Positions 10,590-21,658 of a DNA stretch of 64,000 nt are shown here, in pieces. The translations under genes were made by a program, and so were the position numbers. Source of the DNA: Alkalispirochaeta sp. GTDB lineage: Bacteria; Spirochaetota; Spirochaetia; DSM-27196; Alkalispirochaetaceae. How positions within the stretch are numbered: position 1 is the stretch's first letter; the number at the start of each line of letters is the position of its first letter. The stretch lies in assembly GCA_965601925.1 (NCBI GenBank), contig OZ271854.1, positions 128,001 through 192,000 of the forward strand, given 5' to 3'. A model generated the notes under the pieces. That model did no database searches and was not told where the DNA came from. It was given only the letters and a program-made list of their open reading frames with translations.

Positions 10590-11306
10590 CTATCGCTCCT
10601 CGAACGCACCGACATTCATCTGCGAGAACCACTCAATAAGCGGCACCATGCGGCGCGCGTGGTTCAGGCAGACGGTAATGAGATCGGGTGATGTAACGGT
10701 GTCGAACGGTACCTGGGTACCCACACCGATACCGGCGTAACGGAGAAGGTCGGCGCGCGGATGGTCGGCGGGGTACCCGCGCGGAACGCGCTTGTAGTGC
10801 GGCTCCTCCATGAGGGGCAATCCCGCGCGTGACAGATCGTCCAGAATCTCCTGCAGTCGAGTCCCGCTCTTCTCGGCGTCTACGGCCGCGCGGTAGCGTT
10901 CCAGAGCATCCTTGGGTATGCCGTGTTGCCCGCCGTAGAAGAAGGCGCCCGTCGTATCGAGGTGAAAATAGAAGCCCGGGAGCTCTACTTTACGCCCCTC
11001 GCCGACCCAAAAAATGACGCCCAGATTACGCTTGTACGGACTCTTGTCCGGCGAAAATCGCACATCGCGATGAATCCGCATCACCGAACCGGCGCCGTTG
11101 CGTCGAGTGTCGAAGGTGATGTCGGGGACGAGTTCGGCGAGCTCACGGCCGAGGCTCACGACGAACCGCTCCGCAGGCCGCAGGATCTCGGCCTCGTACC
11201 GATCGCGGTTCTCCTGAAACCACGCCTTGTTGTTGTTCTCGCCGAGCTCGAAAAAGAAACGCTGCGCATCGACGCCGAATCCGGAAAAAGAGCCGTTATC
11301 GCTCAT
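10590..11306 (-). CDS. DUF2461/TIGR02453-family protein
   Basis: ENNNKAWFQENR and RIHRDVRFSPDKSPYK motifs. Confidence 0.88.
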   Translation of the reverse strand: MSDNGSFSGFGVDAQRFFFELGENNNKAWFQENRDRYEAEILRPAERFVVSLGRELAELVPDITFDTRRNGAGSVMRIHRDVRFSPDKSPYKRNLGVIFWVGEGRKVELPGFYFHLDTTGAFFYGGQHGIPKDALERYRAAVDAEKSGTRLQEILDDLSRAGLPLMEEPHYKRVPRGYPADHPRADLLRYAGIGVGTQVPFDTVTSPDLITVCLNHARRMVPLIEWFSQMNVGAFEER

Positions 11307-12040
11307 GACCGTTCCTCCTGTGTTGTATCGTGGGACGAACATACCCACTCGACCGCCGCCGCGGCATGGAGCGCCGTCGTATCGTATGCGGCGATCGAAC
11401 TCGCCTCGGGGGCGATCAATAAGCCGATTTCGGTACATCCGAAAATGACCGCCTCCGCCCCCTCATCGGCGAGGTGACGAATAACGCTCCGGTAGTACTC
11501 TCGACTCTCGTCGCGGATTGTGCCGTAAACGAGCTCCTCGTAAATGATGCGATGGACCTCCGCGCGCTCATCGTCGGAGGGCACGACTACGTCCAGCTCG
11601 TATCGCTCACGAAGACGGTCGCGATAAAAGGGGCGTTCCATCGTGAACCGCGTCCCGAGGAGTCCGACGCGCCGACGCCCGTCGCGTCGGAGCGCGTCAC
11701 CGGCGGCGTCGGCGATGTGAATCCACGGAACCGTCGTCGCAGCGGAAAGCTCGTCGAACACCACATGCATCGTATTGGTCGCCAACAGGAGCACACCGGC
11801 GCCGGCGCGTTCCACTCCTCGCGCAGCGTCGATGAGAATCTCCGCTGCGGCGCGCCAGTCGTCGGCGCGTTGCATCGCCTCGATCGGCGCAAAGTCGACC
11901 GAATGGAGGAGAATCGGGGCGGAGTGGTGCCCACCGAGACGTTCCCGGTATCGGCGATTTATCTCTTGGTAGTAGTGAGTCGTAGATTCCCAACTCATCC
12001 CGCCGATGATGCCGATCGGCGACGACCCCGTGCTCGTCAT
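11303..12040 (-). CDS. Aspartate/glutamate racemase family
   Basis: IGIIGGMSWEST, ATNTMH, FGCTEI motifs. Confidence 0.92.
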   Translation of the reverse strand: MTSTGSSPIGIIGGMSWESTTHYYQEINRRYRERLGGHHSAPILLHSVDFAPIEAMQRADDWRAAAEILIDAARGVERAGAGVLLLATNTMHVVFDELSAATTVPWIHIADAAGDALRRDGRRRVGLLGTRFTMERPFYRDRLRERYELDVVVPSDDERAEVHRIIYEELVYGTIRDESREYYRSVIRHLADEGAEAVIFGCTEIGLLIAPEASSIAAYDTTALHAAAAVEWVCSSHDTTQEERS

Positions 12041-12486
12041 GGCCGGGATTATAGCACACCCTCCGATGTCACTTCGCAAGAGTAGCTAACGCATCAACCG
12101 AGCTGCGAGTGGGTAGCGCATGATATGCTGCGGCCCCGCGACACACGCCCCACATACTTCTCCTGGTGTTCGTGAACCTGGAGGTCGGAGACGGCCGGCA
12201 CGGTATGCGGAACGACCCGCTCGAACGTCACCCTCTTACCGCGCATGGCGTTCTTCTGTTTCGGTTTCCCGAGCATAAGTGAAGATACGGTATCATACAC
12301 GGAAGTCTTCTGCTCATGACCGACCCACGCCGCCATATCTCGTCGTTGTTTTACCGTCGAGTCGTCGACCGTACGGAGGAGAACAGTGGGCGGCTGACCG
12401 GATGCAGATCCGCTTAAAGAAGAAGCGCAATATAACGATTCTACCGGATATACACACCTATTAGTGATTCTCTACGAGTATTTTGT

Positions 12487-12515
12487 TTGACATAGCAACT
12501 AACAGGATCTATTCT
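12487..12515 (+). promoter_or_regulatory. Sigma70 promoter of the ArsR-GH2-ABC operon
   Basis: TTGACA (12487-12492), 17-nt spacer, TATTCT (12510-12515) in an AT-rich intergenic region. Confidence 0.7.
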
Positions 12516-12560
12516 GATCATAAATATTGACTAAACGGATATATAACGGAAAAATCGGAT

Positions 12561-13499
12561 ATGAACAGACTGCAAGGACGAATCCTTTCACTACCTTTGG
12601 AATCGGATGCGGCCAAACGTGTCATTTCGGCCCTCGACTCGGACAAACGCCGGGCGATCGTCAAACTCCTCGCCGCGCAGAGGCTCAACGTGAACGAGAT
12701 CGCGGAAACGCTCGACGTACCGCAGTCGACGGTGGCGCCCAACGTCAAAGCGTTGGAACAGGCGGGACTATTATCGATCGAAACGAAGCCCGGGGAACGC
12801 GGTGGTGCGCAGAAGATATGCTCTCTCGCCTATGACTCGGTCATCCTGGAGCTGCCCACCCACAACCTTACCGCCGACGATCACGCGGTGGAAATCGAGA
12901 TGCCGATCGGCTTATACGTCGATTTCGAGGTCTCCGCCACGTGCGGTATGTGTTCGGTCGATGCGATTCTCGGCAAGCTCGACGTCCCCGACACCTTTCT
13001 CTCGCCGGAACGGTCCAAAGCGGCGCTTATGTGGTTCTCTCACGGCTTCGTGGAGTACAAGTTTCCGCGCAACATCGAGCCGGGCCGGCGCATCACGCGC
13101 CTGGAGATCGGCGCGGAGATATGCTCCGAAGCGCCGGGGAGTAACCGTGACTGGCCGTCGGATATTACGGTATGGATCAACGGACAGGAGGTAGGGACCT
13201 GGACCTCGCCGTCCGACTTCGGCGGCGTGCGCGGCAAGCTCACACCCCACTGGTGGCGCCCGAGCGCGTCGCAGTACGGGCTGTTAACCCACTGGACCGT
13301 TACCGATCAGGGTGGATTCGTGGACGGCGACCGCGTCTCGGACATCACACTCGCGGAGTTGGATCTCGATGATCACCGCTCCGTCCGCGTTCGTATCGGC
13401 GTCAAAGACGACGCAGCGCACCGAGGCGGGGTCAATCTCTTCGGCCGCGGTTTCGGCAATTACGACCAGGATCTTCTCTTGCGCATGGAGTATGAATAG
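12561..13499 (+). CDS. ArsR-type HTH regulator of sugar operons (COG4189-like)
   Basis: N-terminal HTH; CSEAPG, WPSDITVWING, TPHWW...QYG motifs. Confidence 0.85.
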   Translation: MNRLQGRILSLPLESDAAKRVISALDSDKRRAIVKLLAAQRLNVNEIAETLDVPQSTVAPNVKALEQAGLLSIETKPGERGGAQKICSLAYDSVILELPTHNLTADDHAVEIEMPIGLYVDFEVSATCGMCSVDAILGKLDVPDTFLSPERSKAALMWFSHGFVEYKFPRNIEPGRRITRLEIGAEICSEAPGSNRDWPSDITVWINGQEVGTWTSPSDFGGVRGKLTPHWWRPSASQYGLLTHWTVTDQGGFVDGDRVSDITLAELDLDDHRSVRVRIGVKDDAAHRGGVNLFGRGFGNYDQDLLLRMEYE

Positions 13500-16262
13500 A
13501 TGAGGCGCGAGCGTATCGACCTCAACGGCGCATGGAACTTCGGCGTCTTTGAACGTACGGGAGGCCAAAAGCCGCCCGTGGGCGACAGGATCATCGATAT
13601 ACCTCGGAGCTATCAATCGGCATTCGAAGATCTCTTTTCCCACACCGGACACACGGCTTTCACCCGATCGGGCTTCGTCGTTCCCGAGGTTTGGTTTACC
13701 GACGACGTCGTACTGCACTTCGACGCCGTCAACTATTGGTGCGAGGTATGGGTGAATGGGACGCGTATCGGGGAGCACGAAGGGGGATACGCACCCTTCG
13801 AGTTCCGGATCACCGACTCGCTCGACCGCGATCGAGGCAATGAGATCGCCCTGTGGGTACTGCTCCCCGCTATCGACGACGAGCGCTTTCCGTTCACCGA
13901 GATTCCCCACGGTAAGCAGGATTGGTACGGTCCCGCCGGAGGCATCTGGCAGGACGTCTATCTCGAGCGTCGCCCCGCTTCGTACATCGCGTCGCTGCGA
14001 CTCACACCGGAACTGGACGCCCAGCGGGTCGCCGCGGAGGTGACGCTTGCGGGCCTCGCGACCGTAGGCCACGGGGGCGACGAGGCGGCCTACGAGTTTA
14101 CGACGGCCGTGGTGGAGCGATCGGACGAGGGCGAGACGGTCGTTACGGAGAGCCGCCGAGTGGTGGGGCCGGATACGACGCTTTCGGTGGTCCTCGCGAT
14201 CGATGAACCGCGTCCGTGGTCTCCCGACGATCCGTACCTGTACGGCGCGCGGGTCCGGCTCTATCGCAACGGAGAGCTCGTCGACGAGGTAGCGGACCAT
14301 TTCGGTATGCGGTCGGTGGCCGCCGTCGACGGCGAGTTTCTCCTCAACGGTGAGCCGTACTACGTGGCGGGCGCGTTGGACCAGGACTTCTACCCTCACA
14401 CCGGGTATACGCCGCCGTCGGTGGCGTATCTGGAGGATCAGTTTCGCAAAGTGAAGGCTATGGGTCTGAACTTGGTGCGGTGTCACATCAAGGTTCCCCA
14501 CCCCGCCTACCTCGAGGTTGCCGATAGGCTGGGCGTACTGGTCTGGTACGACCTCCCGAACTGGGGCGCCAGCTTCTCGGAGACCCTTCGTCACAGCGCT
14601 ACGGCTGCCGCCATGAGGCGAGGCGAAGAGCTTTTTGCCGAGGCGATACGACTCGACTACAACCATCCGTCGGTCGTCATCCGCACCATCATAAATGAGG
14701 ACTGGGGTACCGATCTCGTACATGATGCGGACCATCGACGGTGGCTCGAGGCGGCGTGGCAACGCTTCAAACGCCTGGACGCGACGCGTCTCCTCGTCGA
14801 TAACTCGGCCTGTTGCGACAACTTTCATGTGAGGACCGACATCGAGGATTTTCACATCTATTTCTCCATGCCCGACCATCGCAGAGCGTTTGACGCGCGC
14901 GTGGCGGAGTTTGCGGAGCGACCGGCTTGGACCTTCTCCGACGACGCCGCCGAGCGGCGCACCGGTCGGGAAGTGCTCATGCTCTCGGAGTTCGGCACAT
15001 GGGGATTGCCGAGCTTGACGCGGCTGGAGGCGAGCTACGGCGGCGTGCCCGACTGGATGAAACGGCGTCCGAGCGCGGCCACGACGGGGCGGTCCGGCGG
15101 GAGCGCGGAGGGCGCGGCGGTCGACCCTGCACGGGCGATCGGAGCCTTCGCCGATTCGGGACTGTCGAAGATCTTTCCAACCTTCGAGGACTACGCCGTC
15201 GCCTCGCAGCGGTTGCAGTTTCAAGCACTTCGATACCAGATTCAGAGGATTCGGAGCCACGGCGCGATTCGGGGATACGTCGTCACGGAGCTCACCGATC
15301 TCCACTGGGAGGCGAACGGTATGCTCGATATGGGACGCAATCCTAAGTCCCATTTTTCGCTGTGGAAAAACGTCAACGGCCCGGATCTCGTGATACCGCA
15401 CGTCGCTCGGTATACCTTCTTCGCCGATGAGACCGTTAAGGTCCATCTTTCGGTTTCGCACTTTTCTCATGACACATTGCACGGCGGCGTTATTCGCTGG
15501 GAGGGAGAACCGGGGCATCACCGGGGCGAGTTACATATCGACCGCTGTCGGCGGGGCGAGGTTACGCCGATCGGTACGGTACGCTACCGGTGTGAGGCGT
15601 GCACCAAGGCGACGACGGTCACCTTTCGCTTTGTATTAATGACGCGGGACGGAACGGTCGTCACCGAGGGGAGCCTCGATATCGGCGTGTACCCGAACCT
15701 GGACGTCGCTCCCGGCGGAGCGATCTACTGCCGTCACGACCGTCTCGCCGAATACCTCCGTCGCTCCAGTGTCCCGTTGACCGGCACACCGACGGATGCC
15801 GTGGTTGCCGTCGTCGACGGTCCGCCGACCACCGAGGAACTACAACTTGTGGCGGCGGGCGGAACGCTTATCGCGGCCCTTTCGACACCGGGCGAATATA
15901 CGGTGGGGGTGAGATCGGTGCGCACCGTCGCTCGCACGGATGTTCTCTCGGGAGATTGGGCGACAAACAGCAACTGGATCTCGCGCGACGCCTTCCCCGG
16001 TGTCCTGGGCGACGGATTACTCGGATTCGAATCCGAGGGAATCGCCGGAGAACTGGTGATTGAACGTGTATCGGACGCAACGTCGCTCGTCGGGCTCGTC
16101 GTGGGGTGGGCGTACGACGGCGGCTCCTACTGCCTTAGGTGGGAGGAAGCCGCCGGCGGCCGGATCGTAGTCGTAACGTCGCCGATCGGACGTGCCGCGG
16201 ACGAGCCCGCCCTGTCGGCATTCTTGGGAGATCTACTCCGCCTGAATGCCGCGCCGGTGTAG
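13500..16262 (+). CDS. GH2 glycoside hydrolase
   Basis: HEGGYAPF, GIWQDV, LDQDFYP, RCHIK, YNHPSVVIRTIINEDWG motifs. Confidence 0.9.
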   Translation: MRRERIDLNGAWNFGVFERTGGQKPPVGDRIIDIPRSYQSAFEDLFSHTGHTAFTRSGFVVPEVWFTDDVVLHFDAVNYWCEVWVNGTRIGEHEGGYAPFEFRITDSLDRDRGNEIALWVLLPAIDDERFPFTEIPHGKQDWYGPAGGIWQDVYLERRPASYIASLRLTPELDAQRVAAEVTLAGLATVGHGGDEAAYEFTTAVVERSDEGETVVTESRRVVGPDTTLSVVLAIDEPRPWSPDDPYLYGARVRLYRNGELVDEVADHFGMRSVAAVDGEFLLNGEPYYVAGALDQDFYPHTGYTPPSVAYLEDQFRKVKAMGLNLVRCHIKVPHPAYLEVADRLGVLVWYDLPNWGASFSETLRHSATAAAMRRGEELFAEAIRLDYNHPSVVIRTIINEDWGTDLVHDADHRRWLEAAWQRFKRLDATRLLVDNSACCDNFHVRTDIEDFHIYFSMPDHRRAFDARVAEFAERPAWTFSDDAAERRTGREVLMLSEFGTWGLPSLTRLEASYGGVPDWMKRRPSAATTGRSGGSAEGAAVDPARAIGAFADSGLSKIFPTFEDYAVASQRLQFQALRYQIQRIRSHGAIRGYVVTELTDLHWEANGMLDMGRNPKSHFSLWKNVNGPDLVIPHVARYTFFADETVKVHLSVSHFSHDTLHGGVIRWEGEPGHHRGELHIDRCRRGEVTPIGTVRYRCEACTKATTVTFRFVLMTRDGTVVTEGSLDIGVYPNLDVAPGGAIYCRHDRLAEYLRRSSVPLTGTPTDAVVAVVDGPPTTEELQLVAAGGTLIAALSTPGEYTVGVRSVRTVARTDVLSGDWATNSNWISRDAFPGVLGDGLLGFESEGIAGELVIERVSDATSLVGLVVGWAYDGGSYCLRWEEAAGGRIVVVTSPIGRAADEPALSAFLGDLLRLNAAPV

Positions 16263-16388
16263 GAGCGGCAACGGATCTATTCGTTCCGCAAAGGAGGTGC
16301 ACGGTATGTAGAAGATGCGTGCAGAAAAGCTTCCCGCCCCGCAAAGCTCGGGGGGAGATACCACAACCCATAAAAAGGAGTTGGAACC

Positions 16389-17651
16389 ATGACGATACGA
16401 CGCAGTGCGATACTGCCTGCAATAATCGTGCTCGGCTTGCTCGCCGCACCGACCCTCTATGCCTCGGGGGAATCGGAGCAGGCGTCACAAGCCGGCACGC
16501 AGACACTCTCCATCTGGACGCTATTCACCGGTGGAGAGGGCTCGATTATGGCCGATTTGATTACCGAGTTCAACGAGACCCACCCCGATATCACGATTCA
16601 AGAGCAAGTGATCGAGTGGGGGCAGTACTACAATAGGCTCCTCACGAGCCTCGTGGGGGGAACGGCACCCGACATCGCGATCATGCACCTGGCGGTACTG
16701 CCGGACTACGCCTCCAGGGGCGTTCTAACCTCCATCGACGACGCCCTATCGGCGGAGTTTCGCGACCTCTTTCTCGACAACATCATGGGAAAGGCGCATT
16801 ACGAGGGGAATCTCTACGCCATTCCAATCGATACCCATCCGTTGGTGCTCTACTACAACGAGACCGTTCTTCGCGAGGCGGGACTCGTGGACGGCGCCGG
16901 GAACGTGATGGTTCCGGGAACGTGGGACGAGCTCTACGAGTACGCCGAACGCGTGCGAGAAACGACGGGGAAGCACGGCATCACCATGGAAGCAATGGGG
17001 GCGACGTTGGGCGAGCGGTGGTTTACCGCCCTCTATGCTCAACACGGAGGGTCGCTCACCGACGAGGCGGGCGCTCTCGCGGTCGACACGGACGTAGCCG
17101 AGCGCGCCTACGAGACGATCCTCGCACCGTTCAGCCGCGGTATTGCAGAAGGCCCCATGACGTACGACGACGCCGAGGCGCTCTTTCAGAGCAACCGGTC
17201 GGCCTTTCACATCAACGGCGTCTGGGTGATGGCCGTCTACCCCAATCTCGACGGGTTTGAGTTCGGCGTAACGCAACTACCCGCCGTTGAAGGCTCCCGC
17301 CCGTTCACCTGGGGTGACAGCCACTCCCTGGTATTTCCCGCATCGGGCGACGCGGCACGGCTCGAGGCGGCTCTCACCTTCGGTCAGTGGTTTTCGAACC
17401 GCACGATGGAGTGGGCCGCCGCGGGCCACCTTCCGGTCAACGAGTCGGTGCTCGCCTCAGCCGACTTTCGCGGCCTCCCGATGCGTGAAGACTACCTCGC
17501 CGCGGGAGAGAACGCCGTCTTGGCGCCCTCGACCCAAGGATGGTCGCGAGTACGCGAGGAGATGTGGGAAATCGCGGAAGCGGTACTCCTCGGCGATATC
17601 ACGCCTACGGCCGCCGCGGAGCGGCTTTCGACCGCCGCCGTGGAGCACTGA
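16389..17651 (+). CDS. Sugar ABC transporter substrate-binding protein
   Basis: Signal peptide; APDIAIMH, YAIPIDTHPLVLYYN motifs; AAGGAG RBS. Confidence 0.92.
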   Translation: MTIRRSAILPAIIVLGLLAAPTLYASGESEQASQAGTQTLSIWTLFTGGEGSIMADLITEFNETHPDITIQEQVIEWGQYYNRLLTSLVGGTAPDIAIMHLAVLPDYASRGVLTSIDDALSAEFRDLFLDNIMGKAHYEGNLYAIPIDTHPLVLYYNETVLREAGLVDGAGNVMVPGTWDELYEYAERVRETTGKHGITMEAMGATLGERWFTALYAQHGGSLTDEAGALAVDTDVAERAYETILAPFSRGIAEGPMTYDDAEALFQSNRSAFHINGVWVMAVYPNLDGFEFGVTQLPAVEGSRPFTWGDSHSLVFPASGDAARLEAALTFGQWFSNRTMEWAAAGHLPVNESVLASADFRGLPMREDYLAAGENAVLAPSTQGWSRVREEMWEIAEAVLLGDITPTAAAERLSTAAVEH

Positions 17652-17715
17652 TCGCGCACGACACACCGCCCGACTCTTCGATATCGGGGCGTCGGGCCCG
17701 GCGTGAGGAGGACGC

Positions 17716-18585
17716 ATGAAATCGGCTCACACCACCGTTACGGGATATCTCTTTTTTCTCCCTTTTTTTGTCGCCTACGTGGCGGTGCGCCTCGCACCCT
17801 TCGGGCACTCGATATGGCTCACCTTTCACGAATGGGAGATCCTCTCACCGCCGGTCTTCATCGGCCTGGAGAACTACCTCGCACTCTTTACTACGCCCCG
17901 CTTTTGGACCTCGATGCGCAACACCTTCTACTTTGCCGCGCTCACGGTGCCGCCGTTGGTCCTTACCGGTTTCGTCCTCGCCGTTCTGGTGAACGGCCCG
18001 ATCGTCGGGAAGGCGCTCTTTCGCGCGCTCTTCTTCCTTCCCAACATCCTCTCCATATCGGTGGTCTGCATCACCTGGATGCTGTTATTCAACAACTCCT
18101 TCGGCCTCATCAATCGGATGCTCACGGCGGTCGGGCTCGGACAGGTGGGGTGGCTTACCGACCCTTCGGTCGCTATGGTCTCCATCGGAATGACCACGAT
18201 CTGGTGGACGGTGGGGTTCAACTTTCTGATCTATCTCGCCTCGATGCAGCAGATACCCGACTCGCTTTACGAGGCGGCCCAAATGGACGGCGCGAGGCGG
18301 CGGCATACGCTCTTTTTTATCACCATTCCCATGTTGCGCAAGACTCACGCAATCGTCGTCGTACTCCAGCTCCTCGCCTCGCTCCAAATCTTCGGACAGG
18401 TGTACATCATGACCGGCGGCGGGCCGGGAGGGCATACCCGTGTCATCATTCAGTACATCTACGAAGAGGGCTTCCGCCACTTCAACATGGGATACGCGCA
18501 AGCCATGGCGATCGTCTTCTTTCTCTTCATGCTGGGAATCGCGTATCTGCAGATTCGGATCACCACCAGAGCGGAGGACCGGTAG
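17716..18585 (+). CDS. Sugar ABC permease
   Basis: Hydrophobic; EAA loop LYEAAQMDGA. Confidence 0.93.
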   Translation: MKSAHTTVTGYLFFLPFFVAYVAVRLAPFGHSIWLTFHEWEILSPPVFIGLENYLALFTTPRFWTSMRNTFYFAALTVPPLVLTGFVLAVLVNGPIVGKALFRALFFLPNILSISVVCITWMLLFNNSFGLINRMLTAVGLGQVGWLTDPSVAMVSIGMTTIWWTVGFNFLIYLASMQQIPDSLYEAAQMDGARRRHTLFFITIPMLRKTHAIVVVLQLLASLQIFGQVYIMTGGGPGGHTRVIIQYIYEEGFRHFNMGYAQAMAIVFFLFMLGIAYLQIRITTRAEDR

Positions 18586-19413
18586 ATGGGCGCTCGGATC
18601 GTCGGACGGAGGTCGCATCGGATCGTTCTAACGGTCGCGACCGCAATCCTTCTCGTCGTCGCGCTCTTCCCGATCTACTGGATGATCTCCTCTTCGGTGA
18701 AATCGAACACCGAGATTCTTACCTCCCGCATCGTACCGTCGCACATCGTCGTGGCCAACTACACCGCGATCCTCGAACGCGCCCCGGTAATCCGTTGGTT
18801 CGTCAATAGTCTCATCGTCGGCGCCGGAACCACCTCGATCGCCGTCCTTCTCAGCCTCCTTGCGGCGTACTCTTTAGGCAGGCTACCGTTTCCGGGGCGA
18901 CGGGTCCTCTTCCTCGTGGTACTCTCGGGCTTCATGATCCCGATCCACTCGATCATGATTCCCCTTTTCGTCATGTTGGGAGCGATGGGTCTGGGGAACA
19001 GCTACGGAGGTCTCCTCCTGCCCTTGGTGGTACATCCGGTGAGCGTTCTCGTCCTTACCCAGTACTTCCGGGGAATCGAACAGGAGTTTGAGGATGCGGC
19101 GCGGCTGGATGGGGCGGGAGAGTTTCAGATTCTCTTTCGCATCATGGTTCCCATGGCCGTACCGGCGATCGCGACCGTCTCGATCTTCATCTTCACCTAC
19201 TCGTGGAACGAGTTTCTGTGGCCGTTGCTGATCGCCCAGACGGCGGACATGTACACCCTCCCGGTGGGACTGGCCACTCTGGCGGGGGGAGACATCAACA
19301 TCACCTACGGCCCGATCATGGCCGCCAACGTCATGGCGAGTCTTCCGGTCTTTCTCGTGTACGCCTTCTTCCAGCGTTACATCGTCGCGGGAATCGCCAT
19401 GGAGACGCGCTGA
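18586..19413 (+). CDS. Sugar ABC permease
   Basis: EDAARLDGA; WNEFLWP motifs. Confidence 0.93.
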   Translation: MGARIVGRRSHRIVLTVATAILLVVALFPIYWMISSSVKSNTEILTSRIVPSHIVVANYTAILERAPVIRWFVNSLIVGAGTTSIAVLLSLLAAYSLGRLPFPGRRVLFLVVLSGFMIPIHSIMIPLFVMLGAMGLGNSYGGLLLPLVVHPVSVLVLTQYFRGIEQEFEDAARLDGAGEFQILFRIMVPMAVPAIATVSIFIFTYSWNEFLWPLLIAQTADMYTLPVGLATLAGGDINITYGPIMAANVMASLPVFLVYAFFQRYIVAGIAMETR

Positions 19414-19427
19414 AGGGAGCCGCTTCG

Positions 19428-21305
19428 CTACACCGAGGGGGAGCGCTCTTCTCCGGCGTCGTCGATACCCGTCTTGTAGACACTCACTTCGGTATCGAGC
19501 GTCTCGGTGACCTCGTCGGTCCGTTCGGTCACCTCGGAGACGCGATCCAGGGCGCCCTTCATATGCGTAGAGGCGGCGGCGATGGCGTCGACCCGCCCGA
19601 CGACGGAGCCCGAAATGTCGGTGACCTCCCCCATTGCCCTCTTGTTTTCGACGACCGCTTCGGCCATCTCCTCGCCGCCCTCCCGCACTTGGGCGGAGAT
19701 GTGGTTGAGACTCGACATCGCCTGGAGGATCTGCCGCCCGCCGCCCTGAAGCTCCGTGGTATTATCGGCGATCTCGTCGAAGGCCGAGGTCACCTCGTCT
19801 ACGCTTGCGTTTATCCGGAGAAAGACGCCGCTGGTCGTCTCCCCTTCCCGCGCCGCCGCCTCGATATTGTCGACGATTCCCGAAAGCACCCCCTCGATCT
19901 GGTGCGAGTTGACCGACGACGCCTCGGCCAGCTTGCGTATCTCCTCGGCGACGACCGCGAATCCCTTGCCCGCCTCGCCGGCGTGGGCGGCCTCGATGGC
20001 GGCGTTCATCGCCAGAAGGTTGGTACGCCCGGCCATATCTTTGATGAGTTCCGCGGCCGAGCGAATCTCGTCCACGCTTTCGTGGACGGTACGGATGATG
20101 CCGGCGGTCGTCTGTATCTTCTCGAGCCCGTCGGTCGCCACCCGCGCGAGCCCGTCCATGGAGGCGCGTTTTTTTTGTGTGACGCCGCCGACATTCGTAA
20201 TGGCGGCGATCATCTGCGTCACCGACGCGGTCGCCTCCTCGACCATGCCGATCTGCTCGTCCAACATCCGTTCCAGTCGTCGCACGTTCTCCTCCACCGT
20301 ATCGACCGTCCGGGTCGATACGCCGACCGCCGCCGAGAGGCGCTCCATCTCCCCATCGATGCTGATCGCCCCCGCGCCGACCTCTCGCGACATGCGTCCC
20401 AACTCCGATACACTCACGATGAGCTGTTCCTTGACCGCGAGATTCCTTCTCGAGGCGCGCTTTATCCGCGACATCGAGCGCCCCAACTCCTCGGTAAAGA
20501 CGTTGACGTCGTCGCTCAGTCGCCCCAACTCGTCGCGACTCGTCACCTCTATTCGGTCGGCGAGATCTCCCTCCTTCATGCGCTGAATGCCGCGTTCGAT
20601 ATTGAGCACGTGCGAGCCGATGCGGCCGGTAATCGCGATGCCGATTATGATCGACGCGAGAAATATGAAACCGATGACGAGCACCACGATGCGGTGCGTC
20701 CGTGCCTCGATCCGGTCGATCTCGCGGGCGATGATGCTTCGCTGCATCGCCAGGTTCTCGACCGTGCCGGTAGTCGTAACATCCACGACGTACATGGCCG
20801 AGGTGAGCGACGTTACGTAACGGCTCACCTCCTCGACGCCGCCGTCGGTGAGAACGTCGCGCGCGGTCAATAGTTCCATTACGGTGAATGAACGTCCCGT
20901 ACCGACGATCGCTTCCGCAGCTCGCGATAGCTCGACCGAGCGCGACCGGAACGCCTCGTACGCCCCGTCGATGTCGTCACGAAAGCCGGCCAGCGTCGTA
21001 ACGGACGCGGCCACCGCATCGTTCAATCGCGGCAATAACCGCACCGATTCAACCCTACCGAACGCGGCGTCCAATACGTCTTTTGCTTCGTTGATGTGAT
21101 CGATCTGGTTCCGGAAATTCTCGCTGTCGATACGGTTAATGTGATTGGCGAAGGAGAGCATCGCCTCGCCCAGATCGTCAAGGAGTGCTTGTTCCTCCTC
21201 GATAGCGACAATTGAACGCGAGACGAACGACTGTGCAGCGAAAGAGAGCAGATTGGCCGCACCGACGGCTACAACAAGGCATATGAGCTTAAAACGAATC
21301 GACAT
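19428..21305 (-). CDS. Methyl-accepting chemotaxis protein
   Basis: Two TM segments, HAMP domain, TNLLAMNAAIEAAHAGEAGKGFAVVAEEIRKLA. Confidence 0.95.
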   Translation of the reverse strand: MSIRFKLICLVVAVGAANLLSFAAQSFVSRSIVAIEEEQALLDDLGEAMLSFANHINRIDSENFRNQIDHINEAKDVLDAAFGRVESVRLLPRLNDAVAASVTTLAGFRDDIDGAYEAFRSRSVELSRAAEAIVGTGRSFTVMELLTARDVLTDGGVEEVSRYVTSLTSAMYVVDVTTTGTVENLAMQRSIIAREIDRIEARTHRIVVLVIGFIFLASIIIGIAITGRIGSHVLNIERGIQRMKEGDLADRIEVTSRDELGRLSDDVNVFTEELGRSMSRIKRASRRNLAVKEQLIVSVSELGRMSREVGAGAISIDGEMERLSAAVGVSTRTVDTVEENVRRLERMLDEQIGMVEEATASVTQMIAAITNVGGVTQKKRASMDGLARVATDGLEKIQTTAGIIRTVHESVDEIRSAAELIKDMAGRTNLLAMNAAIEAAHAGEAGKGFAVVAEEIRKLAEASSVNSHQIEGVLSGIVDNIEAAAREGETTSGVFLRINASVDEVTSAFDEIADNTTELQGGGRQILQAMSSLNHISAQVREGGEEMAEAVVENKRAMGEVTDISGSVVGRVDAIAAASTHMKGALDRVSEVTERTDEVTETLDTEVSVYKTGIDDAGEERSPSV

Positions 21306-21658
21306 CGTCGTAGTCTTCTCTTTTTTATGACTGTCGGCCGATCGCGAATGATCGGACCGGTCCGCCGACGGGAACATCGCATGCGCCGCCGGTCGCCACC
21401 GGTGAGTCTATGAGAACGCGTTCTCCTACACCGTGAGAGATGGTTCGTATAGCGAGATTTTTGTATACAATATCTCGCACTCAACATGTGACACCATTGT
21501 CTCATTCGATGACCGAGGTGTCAAGATTCGAATATTGTCGACGATCGACGATGCAATGTCATTGAACCAACGGATATACGCCGCGCGCATCGCTCGGTAA
21601 CGCCGCGTACGGGGGGCGCCCCTGTCCGGCGACATTTGTTTGCGCTATCATCGCGGGC

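Noticed and set aside
4402..21262. Long antisense ORFs (e.g. 4402-6330, 13284-15521, 19203-20873)
   Set aside because: Shadow frames of real high-GC genes, with no recognisable motifs
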